Below, piece after piece: positions 9,177 through 17,529 of a stretch of 55,213 bases of DNA (its first letter is position 1; every line of letters starts with the position of its first letter). The notes under the pieces were generated by a model. The model did no database searches. It had not been told where the DNA came from and saw only the letters and a program-made list of their open reading frames with translations. Source of the stretch: Nanobdellati archaeon (GTDB lineage: Archaea > B1Sed10-29 > WALL01). Both the position numbers and the translations under genes were made by a program. The DNA is taken from contig WALL01000009.1 in the NCBI GenBank assembly GCA_015522845.1, positions 1 through 55,213 of the forward strand, in the 5' to 3' direction.

Positions 9177-9857
9177 ATGATAGAGCGAGTTCCAACCGAC
9201 ATAGAAGGCCTTGACGAGATGCTTGGCGGCGGCTTCCTTAAGAAGAGGCATGTCCTTGTTACAGGCGGGCCAGGCACAGGCAAGACCACATTTGGGATGG
9301 AGTTCCTTTACCGCGGCGCGCTGCGCGGGGAAAAGGGGCTCATGGTGATGCTTGAGGAAAAGCCAGAGAAGCTCGTCGAAAACCTCCAGCAGGGCATGGA
9401 CTGGGACCTGGAGGAACAGCTAAAAAACGACAACATAATCCTTGTTTCCATTGACAGCTTTAGCTGGGAGCGCCTTAGTGACACGCTGCAGTCGTACATT
9501 ACCCGCCACAACGTGAAGCGCGTTGTGGTGGACACGCTTACGCTGCTAAAGATGAACACAAAGGACCCGTTTGAGTTCAGGAGGCAGATAATCGGGCTGC
9601 TTGGGTTTTTAGAGAACTTGGACTGTACGGTGCTCTTTACCTCGGAGGCACCTTACCCAACACGTGAGGGTGCAAGGTATTCCATCGAAGAGTTTATCGT
9701 AGATGGCGTCATTGCGCTTTACAACATCCCAATCAAGAACGAGCGCAGGCGGGCGCTGGAGATCCTAAAGATGCGGGGGGTTGACCACTCCAATGCAATG
9801 TACCCATTTAAGATTACCAAGTCGGGCATCGTCATCTACCCGGAGGAGATAATCTAA
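9177..9857 (+). CDS. KaiC-like ATPase 4 (canonical motifs)
   Basis: GGPGTGKT, LEE, VVVDT, EEFIVDGVI, LKMRG. Confidence 0.92.
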   Translation: MIERVPTDIEGLDEMLGGGFLKKRHVLVTGGPGTGKTTFGMEFLYRGALRGEKGLMVMLEEKPEKLVENLQQGMDWDLEEQLKNDNIILVSIDSFSWERLSDTLQSYITRHNVKRVVVDTLTLLKMNTKDPFEFRRQIIGLLGFLENLDCTVLFTSEAPYPTREGARYSIEEFIVDGVIALYNIPIKNERRRALEILKMRGVDHSNAMYPFKITKSGIVIYPEEII

Positions 9858-10642
9858 TGGACACAGCCTGCTACCAGTACAGCCTTGGGGCTTCCCTTGA
9901 CATGAAGAAGCTGGCAAAAGTTAAGGGGCTCAAGAGGGTGTCAAAGCTAGATGTCATGGAAGCGCACTTTGGCGACCTAGTCATACAGCTATTTAAAAGC
10001 GGCGAAATGAGGGCCTTTGTGCCGGGGCAGGGGATTGATAGGCTGCAGCCTGCCCTCCTGTCTGTTGGGGTAAAGCTAATTGAGCTGCTTGCAGCAATAA
10101 AGGGCCTTGGCTACAAGATAGACGAGCAGAAGGTGCTATCCTCCGGCCACCCGATGCCCTTTGAGTATTTGGCACCGGAGGGCGTCAGGCCAAGCTTTAA
10201 GGGAGTGAGCATCAACGTGCTGCGCGAGCTTGCATATGCCCCTTACGACCTTGCCCAGGAGTTCCAGCTTGAGAGGAACGAGGTCCAGGCAGGGGAAAAT
10301 GCAGGCAGGCGGCTTGTTGAGAAGGCAAGCCCAAAGGATGTGAAAGAAGTTAATAAGGTGCTGGCAGGCTATATGAAAGGCAACGGCATAGGGGTGCCAT
10401 CCTTCTCCGAGGAGAAGGGCGAGCGCACCACCTATCCCGTGCAGGTGCTTGAGCTCCAAGAGAGCGCATTTGCGGCAGGGATGCCTGTGATAAACAAGCC
10501 ATACTGCCACTTCGTGCGGGGGCTGCTTCGCGGCGCCTATGTGGCATTTTACGAGCTAGAGAACATAGAGGTAAAGGAAACAAAGTGCTGGGGCCTTGGC
10601 GACAGCATCTGCACCTTTAAGGCAAGGATTTACCCCAAATGA
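9857..10642 (+). CDS. V4R domain protein with a TBP-like N-terminal region
   Basis: C-terminal ESAFA..PYCHFVRGLLRG..VKETKCWGLGDSICTF is a canonical V4R with Zn ligands. Confidence 0.85.
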   Translation: MDTACYQYSLGASLDMKKLAKVKGLKRVSKLDVMEAHFGDLVIQLFKSGEMRAFVPGQGIDRLQPALLSVGVKLIELLAAIKGLGYKIDEQKVLSSGHPMPFEYLAPEGVRPSFKGVSINVLRELAYAPYDLAQEFQLERNEVQAGENAGRRLVEKASPKDVKEVNKVLAGYMKGNGIGVPSFSEEKGERTTYPVQVLELQESAFAAGMPVINKPYCHFVRGLLRGAYVAFYELENIEVKETKCWGLGDSICTFKARIYPK

Positions 10643-10672
10643 ATATAAACTGCCAAGTGCCATTGTTAAGCC

Positions 10673-11320
10673 ATGGAAGCGCTGGCACTGCTTGACTTGG
10701 CAGCGTTCATGGCAACCCTTGCCCTTTCAATTTACCTATTCCTGCGAAGGCCAGAGAGCAGCACAAGGGAGGTTTTTTCAATTTTCCTTTTTGTGGCTGC
10801 GCTTTCCACACTAATGATGTTTTATGCCTTCTATTCTACAGGCATGCTGCGTATAATCTTCCTTAAGGCAGAGTTTGCCTTGGCATTGTTTGCCATCTTT
10901 GTGCTGTTGCATTTTGCGTTCCTGCTGGCAGACCAGCGGTTTTACCTAGCGTATTATATATTCCCCCTGTCTATGGTTGTTATTGCGCTCTTTACTGACT
11001 TGTTTGTCTCTGCTGCCAATATGGCACCAGGCGGGTTTGGGGGCAGGCTTATTGCGCTGGCAGAGCTGTATATGGCCACGGTGGCTGCATCTGCCTTTTA
11101 TGTCCTGTTTAAGGTCTATTCAAAGGTAAGGGCAAAGCCGGCCAGGGAAAAGCTAAGGTGGGTTTTGCTTGGGATTGGCATCCTTTTAGCTGGTGTAGTG
11201 GGCAGCGTAGCTTGTAGGGCGCTTAGGCTTAGCTTTTTAAGCCCATACCTATACTCAATGCTGCTTATGTCCATCTTTGTTGCATACCCATTTGCCAGGA
11301 GGCGGAGAGATGGACGCTAA
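10673..11320 (+). CDS. stand-alone multi-pass membrane sensor (HisKA_7TM-like)
   Basis: About 7 hydrophobic helices, FVLLHFA..YIFP pattern, no cytoplasmic output domain; overlaps the next KaiC gene. Confidence 0.6.
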   Translation: MEALALLDLAAFMATLALSIYLFLRRPESSTREVFSIFLFVAALSTLMMFYAFYSTGMLRIIFLKAEFALALFAIFVLLHFAFLLADQRFYLAYYIFPLSMVVIALFTDLFVSAANMAPGGFGGRLIALAELYMATVAASAFYVLFKVYSKVRAKPAREKLRWVLLGIGILLAGVVGSVACRALRLSFLSPYLYSMLLMSIFVAYPFARRRRDGR

Positions 11321-12026
11321 GACTGCTACAGGCGTGCCAGGCCTTGACTCGATGCTTGGCGGGGGATTCCCAAGAAACTCAACAATACTCCTTGAGGCGC
11401 CCCCAGGGACGGGCAAGTCGACGTTTTGCAAGCAGTTTGTTAGGGAAGCCGTGAAGGTAGGAGAGCCATGCATTTATGTCGCCACATCTGAGCCTGTTGG
11501 CCAGGTTGTAACACGCCTTAAGGGGATGGGAGTGGCTAATTTCTCGCAGGTTTCCTTTATTGACGGGTACTCTTGGAGGATTCCGGAAGCAGCCGCCGAG
11601 CCAGCTGAAAACATAAAGGCGCTTAAGTCGCTAACGGAGCTGAACGAGCTCACGCGCATGATTAAAAAGGAGATGAAGCGCTTGCCTTTTGGAAAGGCTG
11701 GTGGCAGGATAATAATTGACTCGCTCTCAGATATGCTGCTTTATGCTGACCCAGCAAGCGTATTTAGGTTCTTGCAGCTCTTTGTTGGCATAGTAAAAAG
11801 CTCACACTCCACTGCAATGGTGGTCCTTGAGCAGGGCCTCCATGAGCCAAGGCATGTTGCAACGATTAGCTACATCTGTGATGGGACAATACACCTCAAG
11901 CTTGATGGCGACAAGCGAAGCATCTATGTGGAAAGGATGTTTAATACCGTGCATCCGCTCAAGTGGATACCATTCACGCTTGGCGAGCATGGTGTTGAGA
12001 TAAAGGTGGAGGACTTCTTTAAGTAA
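11310..12026 (+). CDS. KaiC/RAD55-like ATPase 5 (DxYSWR subgroup)
   Basis: APPGTGKS, DGYSWR, IIIDS; SD-like GGAGG upstream. Confidence 0.9.
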   Translation: MDAKTATGVPGLDSMLGGGFPRNSTILLEAPPGTGKSTFCKQFVREAVKVGEPCIYVATSEPVGQVVTRLKGMGVANFSQVSFIDGYSWRIPEAAAEPAENIKALKSLTELNELTRMIKKEMKRLPFGKAGGRIIIDSLSDMLLYADPASVFRFLQLFVGIVKSSHSTAMVVLEQGLHEPRHVATISYICDGTIHLKLDGDKRSIYVERMFNTVHPLKWIPFTLGEHGVEIKVEDFFK

Positions 12027-12877
12027 TGGACTTTGAGAGGATAGTCAATGCTGCCGCTGAGGCGATTTTTGTCTTAGACCGGTCCGGCAACTTTTCTTTT
12101 ATAAATAAGCATGCCATTCGCCAGAGCGGCTACAGCAAAAAGGACATAATTGGGAAGAATGCGCTGCGCTTAATCCCAAAAAGCCATTGGAAGAGGGCAA
12201 TGGAAACATTCAGCCAGATACTTTTAGGCAGGGTGGTAAAGTCGGTGGAGTATCCCGTCCGCTACAAGTCTGGCAAGGTTGTAATAATGGAATTCACTGG
12301 CAAGCCGCTTAGCGAGAACGGCAAGATTGTTGGGGCGATAGGGACTGCGCGTGACATAACAAAAAGGAAGGAATTAGAGGAGGGGCGGGAACAGGCCAGG
12401 CGGATGCTGCGCTTTATCATAGACAGCCTGCCAATGCGTGTCTTTTGGAAAGGCAGGAGCTTGCGCTATCTTGGCTGCAACCGGGCATTTGCGGAGGACG
12501 CTGGCTATCATTCCCCCAGCGAGATAATTGGGAAGACAGACTTTGAAATGGCATGGAAAAAGCAGGCAAGGCAGTATAGGAGAGACGACCGCTATGTAAT
12601 ACGCACAGGAAGGGAAAAGCTAAACTACGAGGAGCCGCAGGCATCGGCTGGCGGGAAGCTCCGCTGGTTGAGGACAAGCAAGCGGCCGCTAAGGGGCGCA
12701 AGCGGCAAGGTGATTGGTGTCCTTGGGGTTTACGAGGATATAACCAAGCAAAAGGGCATTAACAGCAGCTTAAAGGAGAAGATTGCAGAGCTAGAGCGCT
12801 TCCAGAGGTTTTCAGTTGGACGGGAGCTGCGCATGGTTGAGCTGAAGAAAAAGCTAAGGGAGTGCAAAAAGAGATGA
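12026..12877 (+). CDS. PAS-PAS sensor protein with C-terminal coiled coil
   Basis: Two PAS/PAC units, ending GTARDITKRK and GVYEDITKQK. Confidence 0.9.
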   Translation: MDFERIVNAAAEAIFVLDRSGNFSFINKHAIRQSGYSKKDIIGKNALRLIPKSHWKRAMETFSQILLGRVVKSVEYPVRYKSGKVVIMEFTGKPLSENGKIVGAIGTARDITKRKELEEGREQARRMLRFIIDSLPMRVFWKGRSLRYLGCNRAFAEDAGYHSPSEIIGKTDFEMAWKKQARQYRRDDRYVIRTGREKLNYEEPQASAGGKLRWLRTSKRPLRGASGKVIGVLGVYEDITKQKGINSSLKEKIAELERFQRFSVGRELRMVELKKKLRECKKR

Positions 12878-13815
12878 TTCCCATCCCCTTTTCTGGGGCT
12901 GCCCCCCTTGCACTGCTGCTGATAATAATCCTGCTCCTAACGGCAATGGCCATTCTTGTATGGGTGTACCAAGAGGATAGGCATGATGCGCGCAAGAAGG
13001 AGGCACGCATAAAGAGGGCGATGGCTGAGCTAAGGAGAAAGGAGAAAGAGGCACAGGAAAGCAAGGCTGAGCTTGAGAAGACAAAGCTTGCACTAATGAA
13101 CATGGTTGAGGACCTGAGCGGGTCCTACGAAAAGCTAAAGGAGCTTGACAGGCTAAAATCGGATTTTGTCACCAATGTGTCACATGAGCTTCGCACGCCA
13201 ATAACCACCATTACGCTGTCATTTGACCTGCTGCGGAAGGAAAAGGACAAGGCAAAGCGCAATGAGCTTTTAAGGATGATGCAGCGCAACGTTGGCAGGC
13301 TTAGCCGGACAGTAAATACCATCTTGGACTTCTCTGCAATGGAGGCTGGTGCAGTAAGGGTTTCTAAAGAGAAAGTTGAGCTGCGCAGCCTTATTAGGGA
13401 AGTTTCCCAAGAGGAAATGCCAAAGGCAAGGGTAAAAGGCATAGCACTAACGGTGAAGGCCCCAGCAGGGATATGGGTTTATGCTGACCGTGAGCTTGCC
13501 CACAGGGCACTGCTGAACATAGTTGATAATGCAATTAAGTTTACTGATAAGGGATGTGTAAGAATATATGCAAAGAAGCAAAAGGATTATATCATTGTAA
13601 GTGTTAAGGATAGTGGCAGGGGAATCCGCAAGTCTGACCTGCCAAAGATATTTGGAAAGTTCGCCAAGCTTGAAGAGCATGTTCCAGGCTCAGGAATTGG
13701 GCTTTGGGTCAGCAAGAAGATAATTGAACAGCATGGCGGCAAGATCGAAGCTAAAAGCAAGCGGGGGGCTGGCACTGAGATTACAGTCACCTTCCCAATG
13801 GCGGCAAAAAAATGA
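12874..13815 (+). CDS. sensor histidine kinase
   Basis: One TM helix; H-box SHELRTP, N-box NIVDNAIKF, DSGRGI and GSGIGL G-boxes. Confidence 0.95.
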   Translation: MIPIPFSGAAPLALLLIIILLLTAMAILVWVYQEDRHDARKKEARIKRAMAELRRKEKEAQESKAELEKTKLALMNMVEDLSGSYEKLKELDRLKSDFVTNVSHELRTPITTITLSFDLLRKEKDKAKRNELLRMMQRNVGRLSRTVNTILDFSAMEAGAVRVSKEKVELRSLIREVSQEEMPKARVKGIALTVKAPAGIWVYADRELAHRALLNIVDNAIKFTDKGCVRIYAKKQKDYIIVSVKDSGRGIRKSDLPKIFGKFAKLEEHVPGSGIGLWVSKKIIEQHGGKIEAKSKRGAGTEITVTFPMAAKK

Positions 13816-14168
13816 AAAAAATCCTTGTGGTTGAGGACGAGCCGGATGAGGCAAAGTCCATGCAGATGGTCCTTGAAGGGGAGGGGTATTCTGTTGCCAT
13901 AGCGCCAGATGGCAAGGAAGCAATTGACAGCATGCAAGGCGCTGACCTAATTGTGCTTGATATAATCTTGCCGCGGCTGCATGGGGATGCAGTCCTCCGG
14001 GAAATGAAGAAGAGGGGGATAAAGAAGCCAGTTGTAGTTGTTACTGCTGTCTCTAGGGAAGTAGGCGTTGAAAAAGACCTAAGGCAGATAAAAAGGGACA
14101 TAGTTTTCTTACAAAAGCCCTTTTCCTCAAGTGAGCTTGTGGCTGCAGTCTCCTCAAAAATCAGATAA
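13812..14168 (+). CDS. single-domain response regulator (REC)
   Basis: ILVVEDE, phosphoacceptor LDIILP, VTA, KPF. Confidence 0.95.
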   Translation: MKKILVVEDEPDEAKSMQMVLEGEGYSVAIAPDGKEAIDSMQGADLIVLDIILPRLHGDAVLREMKKRGIKKPVVVVTAVSREVGVEKDLRQIKRDIVFLQKPFSSSELVAAVSSKIR

Positions 14169-14208
14169 CCTTTTAATTAATGATGCTGTAGCAAGGGCTG
14201 GTGAGCTT

Positions 14209-14958
14209 ATGGAACGGGTGCCAACTGGTATTGATGGGTTGGATGATATGATTGAAGGGGGCTTCCCCCGCGGAAGGACGGTCCTGCTAAGCGGCGGTTG
14301 CGGCACAGGAAAGTCCATCTTTGGCCTGCAGTTCCTTTATAAGGGAGCAGTTGACTATGATGAGCCCGGCGTTTATGTAACCGTTGATGAGCGCCCAGAG
14401 CTAACGCGGCAGGATATGCTCCGGTTTGGGTGGGACATAGCCTCACTTGAGGAGCAGGGAAAGCTTGTCATGCTGGACCTTACTGGCTCCAAGATTGGTG
14501 TCCAGACAGGGGAAAAATATGCGCTGAACTCCGCTCTGGACATAGACCGCCTTGTGCTAAAGATAATGCAGACTGCAGGCGAGATTGGGGCACGGCGGCT
14601 GGTCATTGACTCGCTCCCAGCGTTAGGCTTCCACCTAAAGGGGGAAGCAGAAGTCCGCAACATGATACTGAAGCTTACATATATGATTAGAAAGAGCGAC
14701 TTAACAGCAGTCTTGATCTCAGAAGTCCCAGAGCAGACGCCAGGAAGCGGCCCAATGATGTTTTCAAAATATGGCGTTGAGGAGTACGTGGCAGACAGTG
14801 TCATACTGCTGCACTACCTTGGCATGGGCACAGACACAAACCGCACGCTTTATGTCCGCAAGATGCGCGGGACAAAGCACATTGAAGACATAATCCCCAT
14901 GCATATAACCGAGGCAGGGATAAAGCTAGTTAACCCGGACGAGGCCTTTAGCGTATAG
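14209..14958 (+). CDS. KaiC-like ATPase 6 (canonical motifs)
   Basis: ERVPTGIDGLD, GGCGTGKS, LVIDS, GVEEYVADSVILL, RKMRG. Confidence 0.92.
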   Translation: MERVPTGIDGLDDMIEGGFPRGRTVLLSGGCGTGKSIFGLQFLYKGAVDYDEPGVYVTVDERPELTRQDMLRFGWDIASLEEQGKLVMLDLTGSKIGVQTGEKYALNSALDIDRLVLKIMQTAGEIGARRLVIDSLPALGFHLKGEAEVRNMILKLTYMIRKSDLTAVLISEVPEQTPGSGPMMFSKYGVEEYVADSVILLHYLGMGTDTNRTLYVRKMRGTKHIEDIIPMHITEAGIKLVNPDEAFSV

Positions 14959-14979
14959 CTGCCGCCCCCTTCCAACAAT

Positions 14980-15058
14980 CCTTTTTCTGTTGCGGGGGCA
15001 TTCGCTTGCCTGCCGTTTTCCTGGATGCTTTCCCCACAGCTTTCGCAGAAAAGGGTTC
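14980..15058. repeat. short intergenic element: one half copy and one full copy, back to back
   Basis: TTTTCCTGGATGCTTTCCCCACAGCTTTCGCAGAAAAGGGTTC on +; partial GCAACAGAAAAAGG on -. Confidence 0.65.
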
Positions 15059-15082
15059 CTTGCTAGGAAAAGGCCGCTACAC

Positions 15083-15394
15083 TTAATGCAGGACAAGGGC
15101 TAAGGCAACAGTTATAAGGACAATAAGCAGCAGCGCTAGGAATATTGTCAATATTTTAGCGGGGAGCGCCTCGGCCTTCTTTGAAATCTTCGCCTTTGGG
15201 TATCCGCCAGCAGGGCCTTCATTAGGAAGCTGCCGCATGGCTGCTGATGCGGTTTTTTGCTGCTCATAGTCTGCTATCTCCCTGACAACCTCGTCTTCCG
15301 TATACCCCTCCCCCTCAAAGTATTCTACCACTTTAAGCTGGGAAACCCCCTCATCAATCATCTTCCAAAGGAGGCGCTGGTGATTATACTTCAT
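15083..15394 (-). CDS. small protein with C-terminal membrane anchor
   Basis: MKYNHQRLLW start preceded by a TTTAAA box; hydrophobic C-terminus; the upstream extension overlaps serS and is discarded. Confidence 0.55.
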   Translation of the reverse strand: MKYNHQRLLWKMIDEGVSQLKVVEYFEGEGYTEDEVVREIADYEQQKTASAAMRQLPNEGPAGGYPKAKISKKAEALPAKILTIFLALLLIVLITVALALVLH

Positions 15395-15443
15395 CACAAA
15401 CAAAGAAGGAAGGTTTAAATTTAAAGATATCGCTAAAGCAGGT

Positions 15444-16709
15444 GTGTTGGACATAGCGCTGTTTAGGGATAACCCTGAGCTAATTAAAAAAGGGCTGGAA
15501 AGGCGAAAAGCCGACCCCCAGATTGTGGATAAGGTAATCCAGCTTGACAAGGAGTGGCGCGACGCACTTAAGGTGGCTGAAGAGCTAAAGCACCGCAGGA
15601 ATGTTGCCACAAGGGAAGTTGCTGAGCTTAAAAAGGGGGGCAAGGACGCTAGTGGGAAGATTGCTGAGCTAAAAGGGGTCTCTGACAGCATTGCGCAACA
15701 AGACCGCCTGATCTCAAAGAAGAAAAGCGCAAGGGACGCGCTGCTCATGCGCGTGCCAAACCTGCTCCATGAAAGTGTCCCCTACGGAGAAAGCGGGGAA
15801 GACAATGTTGAGGTTCGCAAATGGGGCAGCCCAAAGGCAAGGGAAATCCCCCCTCACGGCGAGATCCTTGAGCAGATGGGGCTTGCCGACTTCAAAGGTG
15901 CTGCGAAAATAGCGGGTGCAGGGTTTTATTTCTTAAAGGGTGATATTGCATTGCTGGACTATGCACTGCAGCGGCTTGCAATTGACTCGCTTGTTGAGAA
16001 AGGGTTTACGCTTATAGAGCCGCCGTTCATGATGAACAGGAAGGCTTATGAGGGCGTAACAGACCTTGCAGACTTTGAAAATGTGATGTACAAGATCGAA
16101 AACGAAGACCGTTACATGATTGCAACCTCCGAGCACCCACTCGTTGCGATGAAAATGGGGGGGGTTATTCCTGAGGAAGAGCTACCAATAAAGATGGTAG
16201 GCATAAGCACAAACTTCCGGAAGGAGATCGGTGCCCACGGCGTTGACACAAGGGGGATATTCCGCGTCCACCAGTTCAACAAAATTGAACAGATTGTGAT
16301 ATGCCGGCCAGAGAAGTCATGGGACTGGTTCGAAAGGCTGATAGGGAATGCAGAGGACATATTCCAAAGGCTGGAGCTGCCATACCGTGTAGTGAACATA
16401 TGCACAGGCGACATAGGGACGGTTGCCGCGAAGAAGTACGACCTTGAAGTGTGGTCACCAAGGCAGGGCAGGTATACTGAGGCAGTAAGCTGCTCCAATG
16501 TAACGGACTACCAGGCAAGGCGGCTGAACATAAAATATGGGAAGCGCGGCGGGGAAAAGGCGCTGGTGCACACGCTTAACTCGACGGCAATCGCTACATC
16601 CCGTGCAATTGTCGCACTTGTTGAGAACGGCTATGAAGAAGGTGTGGTGCGGCTGCCAAAGGCACTTTGGCCATATATGGGCGGGAAGAAAGAGATTAGC
16701 GGGAAATGA
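15444..16709 (+). CDS. serS: seryl-tRNA synthetase
   Basis: N-terminal coiled arm, ATSEHP, FRKEIG..RGIFRVHQFNKIEQ, HTLNSTA. Confidence 0.97.
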   Translation: MLDIALFRDNPELIKKGLERRKADPQIVDKVIQLDKEWRDALKVAEELKHRRNVATREVAELKKGGKDASGKIAELKGVSDSIAQQDRLISKKKSARDALLMRVPNLLHESVPYGESGEDNVEVRKWGSPKAREIPPHGEILEQMGLADFKGAAKIAGAGFYFLKGDIALLDYALQRLAIDSLVEKGFTLIEPPFMMNRKAYEGVTDLADFENVMYKIENEDRYMIATSEHPLVAMKMGGVIPEEELPIKMVGISTNFRKEIGAHGVDTRGIFRVHQFNKIEQIVICRPEKSWDWFERLIGNAEDIFQRLELPYRVVNICTGDIGTVAAKKYDLEVWSPRQGRYTEAVSCSNVTDYQARRLNIKYGKRGGEKALVHTLNSTAIATSRAIVALVENGYEEGVVRLPKALWPYMGGKKEISGK

Positions 16710-17400
16710 TCTCGACTCCCCTCTCCCCCTTTATCTTGAACTCAAACCACTGCAGGGGGTGTGGGGCATTTATCACCCTATCAAACTTAACAAAACGCTT
16801 GCCCCCTTCAATCTTAAATAATATTGTGTTGTCAGTTGCATAAATAAGCGTGTTCATCTCCTTTTCACTGTGGAGGCCCTTTTCCACAACAACGATTGAT
16901 GTTGCCTTAAGCGACCGCACAAAAGCAGTGAATAGCTGGAGGAACATGAACACCGACTTTGGCTCGGAATACAGCAGGAAGTCTGAAATAGAATCAATTA
17001 CAATCCTGCCGCCTTTGCCACGCCAGTTGGCTGCCTTTTTGATTATCCTAAGCAACTCATTTAGGTTGCTTAAAGAGGGAAGCATCTTAACATCTTCTGT
17101 TTCAGCGGGAGGGGAATCTGTCCTCCATGAATAGCAGTCAATGAAAATTAACTGGCCTTTGTAGCTTGCTGGATCATGCCCTTCCCGCCTCATTGTCTCT
17201 TTGACCTGGTCAATTGGCGCACAACTTACAATATAGATGCCAAATTCCCCCTGCCCTAGCCCCTCGTACAAAAACTGCCTCGCAAATGTGCTCTTGCCAG
17301 TTCCTGGAGATCCAACTACCAGCGAAGTGGATGGGGATGGGAATCCCCCGCTAATTATCTTATTCATTCCCTTAACTCCAAATGGCTTTTGACTGTCCAT
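16696..17400 (-). CDS. KaiC/RAD55-like ATPase 7 (DxYSWR subgroup)
   Basis: GSPGTGKS, DCYSWR, IVIDS. Confidence 0.9.
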   Translation of the reverse strand: MDSQKPFGVKGMNKIISGGFPSPSTSLVVGSPGTGKSTFARQFLYEGLGQGEFGIYIVSCAPIDQVKETMRREGHDPASYKGQLIFIDCYSWRTDSPPAETEDVKMLPSLSNLNELLRIIKKAANWRGKGGRIVIDSISDFLLYSEPKSVFMFLQLFTAFVRSLKATSIVVVEKGLHSEKEMNTLIYATDNTILFKIEGGKRFVKFDRVINAPHPLQWFEFKIKGERGVEIISR

Positions 17401-17529
17401 TGCCTTATATATTTATGGAAGGTGCTAATTATATCTGCCTACTAAATGTTTATACATAAAGGCAAAATCCATTATAAAAGGTATGCCCTAAAGGGATATA
17501 TACCTGGATGCAAATAGTTGGGTGGGAAC

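Noticed and set aside
3861..17400. A cyanobacterial-type KaiABC circadian clock
   Set aside because: All the ATPases are single-domain, lack the Ser-Thr phosphosite pair, and no KaiA or KaiB is recognisable.
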